Origin: an uncultured Dermabacter sp.
GTDB lineage: Bacteria; Actinomycetota; Actinomycetes; Actinomycetales; Dermabacteraceae
Length of the DNA stretch: 11,936 nucleotides
Direction of reading: 5' to 3'
NCBI GenBank assembly: GCA_947252755.1
Contig: CAMXWV010000017.1
Location: 1-11,936 of the forward strand
Below the pieces are notes generated by a model. The model was not told where the DNA came from. It did not search any database and worked only from the letters and a program-made list of their open reading frames with translations. The position numbers were made by a program, and so were the translations under genes. Shown in pieces: positions 1-8,144 of the stretch (the stretch's first letter is position 1; every line of letters starts with the position of its first letter).

Positions 1-107
1 CCTAAACCAGCGGCGTGCACAACTGGAGAAGAACCCGCCCGATTCACCCCTATCAGCCACGGATCGAGCAGTCTAACCACACTTGTGCACGCCACGGGCC
101 TAAGCCG

Positions 108-135
108 CGGGCGCGGCCCGAAACCGGGCGCGCCA
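108..135 (-). terminator. Imperfect GC-rich hairpin downstream of ptsI (possible terminator, no U-tract)
   Basis: gcgcggcccg-aaac-cgggcgcgcc at 111-134. The gcccg/cgggc core stem has a bulged outer GC extension. It lies about 20-45 nt downstream of the ptsI stop on the minus strand. Confidence 0.25.
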
Positions 136-151
136 CCGCCGCGGCGTCAGC

Positions 152-1870
152 TCAGAGCCCGAGCTCCTCCAGAACCGGCAGCCTCTCGCGAACTGCTGCT
201 TTCGCTTGCGCCGCGGTCGGTGCGGTGACGGCAACCCGAGCCAGCTCTCGGCACTCTTCCAGTGTCACGGTGGACAGCACCCGGGCCACTGCCGGCAGCA
301 GGCGCGGCGTCATGGACAGCGAGTTCACGCCCAGGCCCACTAGCACGCACGCCAGCGCCGGATCCCCCGCGGACTCACCGCACACGCCCACGGGCTTGTT
401 CGCTTCAGCACCGAATGCGTCAGGGTCCCCTCCGGCAACCCGAGCACCGGTCGCGGTGGCGCCCACGAGCGCAAGCACCGCGGGCTGCCACGGATCGTTG
501 AGCTTCGCGAGGGAGCCGAGCATGCGGTCCGCAGCCATGGTGTACTGCGTGAGGTCATTGGTGCCGATGGAGGCGAAGTCCGCCACTGTCATCAGGTGGT
601 CACTGGTCAGCGCGGAGCTCGGGGTCTCTACCATGATGCCGGCGCGCTGCACACCCGCGGCGCGGGCCATGTCGATGAAGTCCTCGGTGTCCTCCAGCGT
701 GGAGATCATCGGCGCCATCACCCACGGCTCTGCCTCGGACTGCTCCGTGGCTCGACGAATCGCCTCCAGCTGGTTCTCCAGAACGGAACGCTTCTCCCAA
801 GAGGTGCGGTAGGCGCGGATGCCGAGCGCGGGGTTCGGCTCTTCCGCGTCGGTAAGGAACGGCAGCGGCTTGTCGGCGCCGGCGTCGATGGTGCGGATGG
901 TGACCTTCTTGCCGGGGAAGTGCTTGAGCACTTCCGCGTATGCCTGGGCCTGTTCCTCCACGCTCGGCTCCTCATCCCGGTCCAGGAAGAGGAACTCGGT
1001 GCGGAACAGGCCTACACCGTCGGCGTTTGCGGCCGCGGCGGCTTCAGCGTCCTGAGCGTTGCCCACGTTCGCCAGCAGCGGCATGGTTGTTCCACACTTC
1101 AGCTGCGCGCCGCCGCCGTCGTAGGTGAGGGGATTCTTCTGCAGCTCGTACCAGGCGTCAGCGAGCCCGCGCTCACGCTCACCGATTTCGGTGGTGACGA
1201 TTCCGGCTGCCCCATCCACGAACACCTCGGTGCCGTTGGGGATCTGGTCCACGCCCTTGGCTGCCACGATCGCAGGCAAGCCCAGTTGGCGGGCCAGAAT
1301 CGCAGTGTGGGACTGGGGGCCGCCGTCGGAGGTGATGAGCGCGGAGACGATCGTGGGATCGAGCGTGGCGGTGTCCGCGGGGGCAAGGTCGATCGCGGCG
1401 AGCACGAACCGTTCGGCGGAGTCGGGGATGCCGGGGGCGTCTTCGCCGCGCAGGTGCGCCACGATGCGGGCGCGCACGTCCTTCACGTCAGCGGCGCGCT
1501 CAGCCATGTACCCGCCAAGACCTTCAAGCATGGTGGCCACCTGGTCGCCGGCCTCCCAAACGGCCCGCTCAGGCGTTTTGTTCTCGCTGCGCACCAGGCT
1601 TTCGGCGGTGGTGGTGAGAGTGGGATCGGCGGCCATCTGAGCGGTGGCCTCCAGCACTGCCTTCCCGTCGCCGGTGGCGCGTTCGGCGCGCTTTTCAAGA
1701 GCATGCTTGACTGCGGCGGCGGAGGCAGCGATGCGGGCGGCTTCAGCCTCCGCATCAGCCCCGGCTGGAAGGCGGTCCGACGCGTTCGGCTCCGCAATCG
1801 GCGGCGCCATCACCAGCACGCGGTCCACCACGCGGCCCGGGCTCACTGCTACTCCGTTGAATTCCGTCAT
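152..1870 (-). CDS. ptsI: Phosphoenolpyruvate-protein phosphotransferase (PTS enzyme I)
   Basis: 572-aa ORF. It carries the enzyme I phosphohistidine region GGPQSHTAILAR and the PEP-utilising C-terminal domain motif GTNDLTQYTMAADR. RBS AAGGAGA lies 7 nt upstream of the ATG at 1870 (read on the minus strand). Confidence 0.93.
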   Translation of the reverse strand: MTEFNGVAVSPGRVVDRVLVMAPPIAEPNASDRLPAGADAEAEAARIAASAAAVKHALEKRAERATGDGKAVLEATAQMAADPTLTTTAESLVRSENKTPERAVWEAGDQVATMLEGLGGYMAERAADVKDVRARIVAHLRGEDAPGIPDSAERFVLAAIDLAPADTATLDPTIVSALITSDGGPQSHTAILARQLGLPAIVAAKGVDQIPNGTEVFVDGAAGIVTTEIGERERGLADAWYELQKNPLTYDGGGAQLKCGTTMPLLANVGNAQDAEAAAAANADGVGLFRTEFLFLDRDEEPSVEEQAQAYAEVLKHFPGKKVTIRTIDAGADKPLPFLTDAEEPNPALGIRAYRTSWEKRSVLENQLEAIRRATEQSEAEPWVMAPMISTLEDTEDFIDMARAAGVQRAGIMVETPSSALTSDHLMTVADFASIGTNDLTQYTMAADRMLGSLAKLNDPWQPAVLALVGATATGARVAGGDPDAFGAEANKPVGVCGESAGDPALACVLVGLGVNSLSMTPRLLPAVARVLSTVTLEECRELARVAVTAPTAAQAKAAVRERLPVLEELGL

Positions 1871-2054
1871 CGGGCATTCTCCTTAAGTCGTCTGTCTTAG
1901 ATCGTACCGACGGGTCCACGGGACTCCCCGAAGATTTCGGGCACTGGGCGCGCTATTGTTGATGCGGCGAGGTGCCATTGCGCGGCTCGCCGCACAAGCC
2001 CCTGCGGGCCGTGGCCCGCTCGGGAGCCGCTGCCTCTGCCGAAGGTTCTCATCG

Positions 2055-3650
2055 ATGCCCTCATTCGATCCGTCCCAGTCCAGCGTCACCGGTCAGCAGA
2101 CCGCGCAGTCCGCGTCGGCGCAGGGCACTCTCCCCGGTTTGGATGCCGCCGCCGGCTCTCCGCGACGCATCGGGTTCGATCGGGAGAAGTACATTCGGCT
2201 GCAGTCCCAGCACATCCATCAGCGACGCACCCAGATCGGCGGCAAACTGTATCTGGAGATGGGCGGGAAGCTGTTCGATGACATGCACGCGTCGCGGGTG
2301 CTTCCGGGCTTCACCCCGGATAACAAGATCGTCATGTTGGAGGAGCTGAAGGACGAGCTGGAGATCGTCATCGCGGTCAATGCGAAGGATCTGGAGCGCA
2401 CCAAGGTCCGCGCGGACTTCGGCATCACCTATGAGGAGGAGTCGCTGCGGCTGGTGGATGTGTTCCGCGATCGCGGGTTCCTGGTGCAGAACATTGTGCT
2501 CACCCAGATGGATGATGACAATCGCGCTGCCCGCGCTTTCAAGAGCCGTCTTGAGCGTCTGGGTTTGACGGTGCACCGGCACCGCACGATTCCCGGCTAC
2601 CCGGCGGATACGGCGCGCGTCGTCTCGCCGCAGGGCTTCGGCCGCAACGACTGGGTTGAGACCGAACGGGACCTGATCGTGGTGACTGCGCCGGGCCCCG
2701 GTTCCGGGAAGCTCGCCACGTGCCTGTCGCAGGTGTATAACGATCATCAGCGCGGCATTGCGTCCAGCTACGCGAAGTTCGAAACGTTTCCCATCTGGAA
2801 TCTGCCGCTCGACCACCCGGTTAACCTCGCGTATGAGGCGGCCACGGCGGATCTTGATGACGTCAATATGATCGATCCGCTGCACCTTGCCGCCTACAAC
2901 GAGCTGGCGGTGAACTACAACCGAGACGTTGAAGTGTTTCCGCTGCTCAAGGTGTTGCTGCAGCAGATGCTCGGCTCCTGCCCGTACGAATCCCCCACGG
3001 ATATGGGCGTGAACATGGTGGGCATGTGCATCTCTGATGACGACGCGTGCCGCTACGCCGCGAAGCAGGAGATCATCCGCCGCTATTTCAAGGCGCTGGT
3101 GGCGGAGAAGCGCGATGAGCTGGACAGTGACGTGTCCGAGAAGATCGCAATCATCATGGGCAAGGCGGGCGTGAACCGCGCGGATCGGCCCGTGGTGCTT
3201 CCGGCGCTGGAGACTGCCCGACGCACGCGCGGTCCGGCTTCGGCTATCGAACTGGCGGACGGCACCATCATCACCGGAAAGACCTCCGAGCTGCTCGGTG
3301 CGAGCTCCGCAATGCTGCTCAATGCGCTGAAGCACCTGGCAGGACTGTCGGATGACGCCCTGCTGCTCGCCCCGGAGGCGATCAAACCGATTCAGACACT
3401 GAAGGTGGACCATCTGGGGTCTCGTAATCCGCGTCTGCACACTGATGAGGTGCTGATTGCGCTGAGCGTATCGGCCGCGTCAGATGAGCGGGCGAAGGCT
3501 GCTCTGGATCAGCTGCAAAACCTGCGCGGCTGCGATGTGCACACCACCACGATCCTGGGAACAGTGGACGAGGGCATTTTCCGAGCGCTCGGCGTGGAGG
3601 TGACGAGCGAGCCGGAGTTCCAGGTAAAGCGCATGTTCCGTAAGCGCTGA
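2055..3650 (+). CDS. UPF0371 / DUF1846 family protein (conserved, function unknown)
   Basis: ORF 1956..3650. The family-typical N-terminus [17 protein letters not shown] begins about 33 aa after the ATG at 2055 (GAAGG 9 nt upstream), so the 2055 start is preferred over 1956. The ~530-aa length fits the family. Confidence 0.75.
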   Translation: MPSFDPSQSSVTGQQTAQSASAQGTLPGLDAAAGSPRRIGFDREKYIRLQSQHIHQRRTQIGGKLYLEMGGKLFDDMHASRVLPGFTPDNKIVMLEELKDELEIVIAVNAKDLERTKVRADFGITYEEESLRLVDVFRDRGFLVQNIVLTQMDDDNRAARAFKSRLERLGLTVHRHRTIPGYPADTARVVSPQGFGRNDWVETERDLIVVTAPGPGSGKLATCLSQVYNDHQRGIASSYAKFETFPIWNLPLDHPVNLAYEAATADLDDVNMIDPLHLAAYNELAVNYNRDVEVFPLLKVLLQQMLGSCPYESPTDMGVNMVGMCISDDDACRYAAKQEIIRRYFKALVAEKRDELDSDVSEKIAIIMGKAGVNRADRPVVLPALETARRTRGPASAIELADGTIITGKTSELLGASSAMLLNALKHLAGLSDDALLLAPEAIKPIQTLKVDHLGSRNPRLHTDEVLIALSVSAASDERAKAALDQLQNLRGCDVHTTTILGTVDEGIFRALGVEVTSEPEFQVKRMFRKR

Positions 3651-3688
3651 GGATTGGGGCTGTGGTGGTCTCAGCCCTGCGTACCGTC

Positions 3689-3716
3689 GGCGCCTAACGT
3701 TGGCGCCCTTCTTTTG
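3689..3716 (+). terminator. Rho-independent terminator of the UPF0371 gene
   Basis: ggcgcc-taacgtt-ggcgcc hairpin (3689-3707) followed by cttcttttg T-tract. A second small hairpin gggctg/cagccc lies at 3657-3677. Confidence 0.6.
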
Positions 3717-3718
3717 CG

Positions 3719-3857
3719 CAGAGCGTGGGAATGGTGCGGTAAAACCGTGGAATACCGCACGGTTCTCACGTTCTATGCGCCCGGAAGGAGGGACCCGTGG
3801 CCTCCTGTTGCTATGCCCCCCCTACCCCGGTAGAACGTGGGTTTGGTGCGGTAAAAC
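3719..3857. repeat. Tandem ~111-113-bp repeat array, left part (partial unit 3719-3736, full unit 3737-3849, first 8 bp of next unit 3850-3857)
   Basis: Unit starts ggtaaaacc..gaataccgcac.. and ends ..ggtaga(a/g)cgtgggttt(g/a)gtgc. The 3737-3849 unit is about 92-93% identical to 11761-11870. Confidence 0.8.
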
Positions 3858-3911
3858 GGCTCTTCACGAACGAGGGTGTAGCGCGGGTCTGAACCCTCCG
3901 GCTTCGAGCAG
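3858..3911 (-). mobile_element. 54-bp remnant of an ISL3-family IS right end in inverted orientation (terminal IR plus last 16 codons of transposase)
   Basis: 3858-3911 equals the reverse complement of 11707-11760 (the intact IS right end) with 2 mismatches. Its reverse complement encodes LLEAGGFRPALHPRS*, against LLEAGGSRPALHPRS* for the intact transposase C-terminus. Homology stops abruptly at 3912. Confidence 0.85.
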
Positions 3912-4338
3912 CGACCGACCCTGCAGACGCTGAGTACCAGATCCGTAAACTCGAGAACGCCTCCAACACCATCAGTGACGAGGTCTTCCACTACTGGAGC
4001 CAGAACACTGAGCTAAGCGTGAAACTCACGCTCATCCCAGGACCCGGGCCATCAACGTCTCGTGCAACGAGCGAACAAGAGCCCTTCCTACAGGTCCGTG
4101 TCCAAAACGACCGGCACCGTGTCACCGTCCCGTTCAATGAACGTTCGCGCGGCTTCGTGTGGTTCTTCTCGTTCCTAGCTTATTTCTCCCAGATCGAGGA
4201 CGAGTCCTCCTACCCGTTAATCCTGCTGCTTGATGAGCCTGGGCTGAGTCTGCATGCCACGGCTCAGCATGACCTCCTGCGATTCATCCGGGAACGCCTC
4301 GCTCCCGAGCACCAAGTGCTCTTCACCACGCACTCGCC
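3912..4338 (+). pseudogene. Internal fragment of an AAA_21/AAA_15-type (ABC/OLD/RecF-like) ATPase
   Basis: The open frame has no start codon and no Walker A. It contains SRGFVWFFSFLAYF (degenerate signature/Q-region), Walker B ILLLDEPGLSLH, and H-loop VLFTTHSP as its last recognisable residues. GC is roughly mid-50s % (hand count of three 60-bp lines), against about 70% in flanking genes. It uses tta/cta/ctt codons. Confidence 0.6.
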
Positions 4339-5211
4339 CTGCGTAACGTCATCGGCTCGATGGACCTCGAGCAGACGCTCACCAGCCGCGACCAGATCAA
4401 TGGCCAGCTGCGCGGCGTCCTCGACGAGGCCACCGGCCGCTGGGGCATCCGCGTCAACCGGGTGGAGCTCAAGGCGATCGACCCGCCGGCCAGCGTCCAG
4501 GGCTCGATGGAGCAGCAGATGCGCGCCGAGCGTGACCGCCGTGCGGCGATCCTCACGGCCGAGGGTGTCAAGCAGTCCCAGATCCTCACCGCCGAGGGTG
4601 AGAAGCAGGCCGCGATCCTCCAGGCCCAGGGTGAGTCGCGCGCCATCCTCCAGGTCTTCGACGCGATCCACCGCGGCAAGCCCGACTCCAAGCTGCTCGC
4701 CTACCAGTACCTGCAGATGCTGCCCGAGCTGGCCAACGGCACCTCGGACAAGCTGTGGGTCATCCCCACCGAGTTCACCGCGGCGCTGGGCACCATCGCC
4801 CGCGGCTTCGGCGGCTCGCCCGGCGGTAGCGGCCCGTCCGACGACGACTCCGGACCCACGCCCGAGGTCGACTTCGGCCCGGGTGGCCCGATGATGGCCT
4901 CCGGGCTGGCCGAGACCAGTCTGCAGGACCCCGACCAGGCGCTTGCCCAGGCCCGCAGCGAGGCGCAGCAGGCGACCTCCGAGGCGACCGCGGCCGGTGA
5001 GCGCTCCGACAGCCCGTTCTCCCGCTCGGCCGAGCGCGGGCAGCGGCCCGCCGAGAGCGAGCGGCGCGACACCGGACGGACCCGGCCGCGGGTCCGCCGA
5101 GCACCGCGGTGCCGCCGGCGCCCGACGCGCCTCCGCCCGCCCGGCCGGAAGGCGACGAGGAGCGGCCGGGTCAGTAGGGCACTGGCCCGCCTCGCCACCT
5201 GCGACCGGTGA
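4336..5211 (+). pseudogene. 5'-truncated SPFH/band-7 (stomatin-like) protein fragment
   Basis: The frame opens with no start and reads ALRNVIGSMDLEQTLTSRDQINGQLRGVLDEATGRWGIRVNRVELKAIDPP (SPFH core C-terminal half), then the stomatin-type coiled coil AILTAEGVKQSQILTAEGEKQAAILQAQGE. The N-terminal membrane anchor and first half of the SPFH domain are absent. The distal Arg-rich tail is of doubtful frame. Confidence 0.7.
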
Positions 5212-5249
5212 ACCTGGCCCATCCAAGGACAGAGTTCACCGGTCGCAGG
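5198..5249. repeat. 16-bp perfect inverted repeat with 20-nt spacer between convergent SPFH fragment and lacI-family gene
   Basis: cctgcgaccggtgaac (5198-5213) is the exact reverse complement of gttcaccggtcgcagg (5234-5249). The SPFH-frame stop TGA (5209-5211) lies inside the left arm. Confidence 0.7.
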
Positions 5250-5270
5250 CGTCGGGGCAGTCGGCGTGGA

Positions 5271-6281
5271 TCAGCCGCCGCCGTCACCCAGACTTGCCCG
5301 CGGGTGCAGTATCAGCTCTGACGCAGGTCCGGGTGCTCCGGCGAGGGTGCTGCCGAGGCTCTTCGTGACGGCGAGCATGAGGCGGGCGCAGATCACGTCG
5401 AGGTCGAAGGAGATCGTCGCGAGCTCCGGTTGTGCGAGTCGCCCGGCGGGGATGTCGTCGACGCCGATGACCGCGAGCCGTGCGGGCACCTCGATGCCGG
5501 CGGCCCGGGCAGCAGTGAGCACGGCCAGAGCGACGTCGTCGTTGTGGGCGCACACCCCGGTGACACCGGCCTCGACGCACGAGCGGAGCTCCGCCGTCGA
5601 TACCGCGCTACTCGGGGACCCCAGGATCAGGGGATCGGGCAGCACCAGCTCGCGGCAGACGGCCGTCACCCCGGAGAGGCGCCCCTCGGCCAGGCCGGTG
5701 AGGCGAGGGTCCGCCGGGAGCGCGTACGCGAGCCGCTGACGTCCGGCGGCCACCATCGCCTCGGCCTGGGCGCGTCCGACCGCCGCAGTCGGAACGGGCA
5801 CGTCGTGGACTTCGTCGGCGTCCCGTGCCGATGAGTGCGCGACCGTCCACCGCGCCACGGGGATCCGTAGCTCACGGATCGGGTCGATGCGCTCGGGGTC
5901 GAGGTCGACGAGGACGATGACGGCTGCCGGCAGCAGCTCCCGGCAGAGAGCACCGAGGTCGTCACCTGCGAACGAGAGCTTGGCGAGCAGGTGCAGGCCG
6001 GCGCGTGAGCAGGCCGTGGTCAGTCGCTCGAGCAGCCCGACGAGGACGGGGCCCACCGGGACGTCGGGGACGACGAGCAGCACGAGGTCGCTGCGTCCCC
6101 GGGCGAGCGCGCGGGCGGCACCCGATCGGACGTAGCCGAGCTCGGCGGCGGCGGCACGCACGCGTTCGCGCGTGTGTTCCGGGATGCTCTGACCGGGCTT
6201 GTCGTTGAGGACGTAGCTCACGGTTGCCGTGGATACGCCGGTTGCGGAGGCGACGTCCGCCAACGTCGGGCGTCGCACCAC
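5271..6281 (-). CDS. LacI-family transcriptional regulator
   Basis: N-terminal HTH RPTLADVASATGVSTATVSYVLN and periplasmic-binding-fold body. The likely start is GTG at 6281 (V-V-R-R-P-T-L...) with GGAGG 7 nt upstream (6289-6293), rather than the ATG at 6350. Confidence 0.85.
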   Translation of the reverse strand: MVRRPTLADVASATGVSTATVSYVLNDKPGQSIPEHTRERVRAAAAELGYVRSGAARALARGRSDLVLLVVPDVPVGPVLVGLLERLTTACSRAGLHLLAKLSFAGDDLGALCRELLPAAVIVLVDLDPERIDPIRELRIPVARWTVAHSSARDADEVHDVPVPTAAVGRAQAEAMVAAGRQRLAYALPADPRLTGLAEGRLSGVTAVCRELVLPDPLILGSPSSAVSTAELRSCVEAGVTGVCAHNDDVALAVLTAARAAGIEVPARLAVIGVDDIPAGRLAQPELATISFDLDVICARLMLAVTKSLGSTLAGAPGPASELILHPRASLGDGGG

Positions 6282-6329
6282 TGCCTCACCTCCGTGACGA
6301 CGATCACGAACCGGATGAACTGCCGACCC

Positions 6330-6372
6330 TTGATGGGCCCGCGACTCCATCCTATATTAGTTATGCGCATAA
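6330..6372 (+). promoter_or_regulatory. Putative promoter (-35 TTGATG 6330-6335, 17-nt spacer, -10 TATATT 6353-6358) and 12-bp palindrome TTATGCGCATAA (6361-6372), a candidate LacI-family operator
   Basis: Perfect palindrome with a central GCGC like symmetric lac operators. It sits 3 nt downstream of the -10 hexamer, over the predicted transcription start, 36 nt upstream of the glucosidase ATG, in the divergent regulator/operon intergenic region. Confidence 0.45.
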
Positions 6373-6407
6373 GTGCAGCGCTTAAGTTTCCAATGGAGGA
6401 GATTGGC

Positions 6408-8144
6408 ATGCCCACGAACAGCCGTGCCTGGTGGCACGAGGCGGTTGTCTACCAGATCTACGTGCGTTCCTTCGCCGACTCCGACGGCGACGGTCTCGGG
6501 GACCTCGCGGGTGTCCGCTCGCGCCTCGACCATCTCGAGAGCCTCGGGGTCGACGTCATCTGGCTCACGCCCTTCTACCCCTCGCCCATGGCGGACAACG
6601 GGTACGACGTCAGTGACTACGAGGCGGTGGACCCGCGCTTCGGTTCCGAGGGGGACCTCGACGATCTCATCGCCGACATCCACCGCCGTGGTATGAGGGT
6701 GATCATCGATGTGGTCCTCAACCACACGTCGATCGACCATCCATGGTTCGTGGAGTCGCGCAGCACGCGCTCGTCGTCTCGACGCGACTGGTACATCTGG
6801 CGGCCCCCGAGGGACGGGGTGGAACCAGGCACGCCCGGCGCGGAGCCGACGAACTGGCTCGGCTTCTTCGCCCAGCCGACGTGGACGTACGACGAGGAGA
6901 GCGGTGAGTACTACCTTCACCTCTTCTCCCCGGAGCAGCCCGACCTCAACTGGGAGAACCAGGAGGTTCGCCAAGCGCTCTACGCGATGCTGCGCCGCTG
7001 GCTCGCCCGCGGCGTCGACGGGTTCCGCCTCGATGTCATCAACCTCATCTCCAAGAGGTATCCGCTGCAGGACGTGCCGACGCCGCACTCGAGCCACTAC
7101 GGTGATGCCTCCTCGCAGTACACCTGCGGGCCACGGATGCTCGAGTTCCTCGACGAGCTGCGGGACCAGGTGTTCGACACCGCCGAGAAGACCCTGCTCA
7201 CGGTGGGCGAGATGCCGGGGGCGACCGTCAAGGACGGGCTCGCCGTCACCGGCGGTGAGCGCCCCCGCCTCAGCATGATCTTCACGTTCGAGCACATGGA
7301 CGTCGATCACGCGCCCGGCTGGGGCGGACGGTACGAGCCGAGGCCGTTCGACCTGCTCGCGCTGAAATCGACCATGGCACGCTGGCAGGAAGGACTGGGC
7401 CGTTCCGGGTGGAACAGTCTCTACTTCGGCAACCACGACCAGGCCCGCGTCGCCTCCCGCTTCGGTTCCCGGTCGCCGGCGCACGCGGTCGCCTCGGCGA
7501 AGATGCTCGCCACGGTTCTCCACCTGCACCGTGGGACGCCATACGTCTACCAGGGCGACGAGATCGGCATGCGCAACTACCCGTTCGCGAGCATCGAGCA
7601 GTTCGCCGACATCGATGCGCACAACTCGTGGGCGTACGGCCGGGCACTGGGTGTCCTGCCGGAACGGCTCCTTGCGGGCCTGCGCCAGAACGGCCGCGAC
7701 AACGCTCGCACGCCCATGCAGTGGGACGCGTCGGAGCACGGGGGATTCACCACCGGTACTCCGTGGCTGCCGCTCAACCCGAACACCTCCGAGGTCAACG
7801 TCGAGGCTCAGATCGACGACGCGGACTCGGTCCTCGCCCACTACCGACGCCTCATCGAGCTGCGTCACAGCAGTGACATCGTGGTCTTCGGTGACTACCG
7901 CCTCCTCGCCCGCGACCACGAGTACCTGTACGCCTTCGAGCGGACGCTCGGCGACGAGCGATGGATCGTGGTCGCGAACTTCTCCGACGAGGAGCTCGAT
8001 GTCGCTGCGGCTCTCGGCGGCGCCGTCGGTGCCGCCGAGCTGATACTTGGGACTCACCACGAGCCGCCCGAGGGTGCGGTCCTGCAGCGGCTGCGCCCCT
8101 GGGAGGCCCAGATCTGCCGTGTGCTCAAGGGGAGTGAGCAGTGA
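6408..8144 (+). CDS. GH13 alpha-glucosidase / oligo-1,6-glucosidase-type hydrolase
   Basis: 578 aa from ATG 6408 (GGAGGA 7 nt upstream). GH13 conserved regions: DVVLNHTS, GFRLDVINLIS (catalytic Asp), GEMPG (acid/base Glu), FGNHDQ, plus QPDLNWEN. The ORF-track start at 6174 is an upstream extension overlapping the regulator gene. Confidence 0.9.
   Translation: MPTNSRAWWHEAVVYQIYVRSFADSDGDGLGDLAGVRSRLDHLESLGVDVIWLTPFYPSPMADNGYDVSDYEAVDPRFGSEGDLDDLIADIHRRGMRVIIDVVLNHTSIDHPWFVESRSTRSSSRRDWYIWRPPRDGVEPGTPGAEPTNWLGFFAQPTWTYDEESGEYYLHLFSPEQPDLNWENQEVRQALYAMLRRWLARGVDGFRLDVINLISKRYPLQDVPTPHSSHYGDASSQYTCGPRMLEFLDELRDQVFDTAEKTLLTVGEMPGATVKDGLAVTGGERPRLSMIFTFEHMDVDHAPGWGGRYEPRPFDLLALKSTMARWQEGLGRSGWNSLYFGNHDQARVASRFGSRSPAHAVASAKMLATVLHLHRGTPYVYQGDEIGMRNYPFASIEQFADIDAHNSWAYGRALGVLPERLLAGLRQNGRDNARTPMQWDASEHGGFTTGTPWLPLNPNTSEVNVEAQIDDADSVLAHYRRLIELRHSSDIVVFGDYRLLARDHEYLYAFERTLGDERWIVVANFSDEELDVAAALGGAVGAAELILGTHHEPPEGAVLQRLRPWEAQICRVLKGSEQ

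Noticed and set aside
15-812. 265-aa plus-strand ORF
   Set aside because: Antisense shadow of the 3' half of ptsI (minus strand). Low-complexity Ala/Ser/Arg/Pro-rich translation typical of GC-rich antisense frames.
596-1900. 434-aa plus-strand ORF
   Set aside because: Lies entirely within ptsI on the opposite strand. It is Gly/Arg/Val/His-rich with no motifs, so a shadow ORF.
2061-3440. 459-aa minus-strand ORF
   Set aside because: Antisense to the UPF0371 gene, with His/Arg/Gln-rich low-complexity translation.
3719-3857. Possible CRISPR array
   Set aside because: The units are about 111 bp, directly abutting with no unique spacers, and degenerate. This is a tandem repeat, not repeat-spacer architecture.
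3700-3933. 77-aa ORF spanning the repeat unit and IS remnant, and a GGAGG-N6-GTG micro-ORF inside the repeat unit (about 3797)
   Set aside because: The frame is not preserved in the second repeat copy (2-bp C-run indel and an early stop). The ORF crosses three unrelated sequence elements.
5000-5211. Arg-rich C-terminal tail of the SPFH frame as a genuine basic domain
   Set aside because: Composition (R/P-rich, RRAPRCRRRPTRLRPPGR) looks like an out-of-frame or decayed reading of GC-rich DNA, and the other two frames are no better. Treated as an uncertain 3' end of a pseudogene rather than a feature.
4264-5226. 320-aa minus-strand ORF and other overlapping ORFs across the SPFH region
   Set aside because: Antisense or out-of-frame with the clearly recognisable SPFH coiled-coil frame.
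6373-6386. Second operator-like element near agcgct/cttaag
   Set aside because: Only 6-bp self-complementary cores (AGCGCT, CTTAAG). The flanks are not symmetric, so this is not convincing as a second operator.
6174-6407. Upstream extension of the glucosidase ORF to 6174
   Set aside because: It would overlap the divergent regulator gene and the promoter/operator region. The family-typical N-terminus (MPTNSRAWWHEAVVYQIY) begins at the ATG 6408, which has a good SD.
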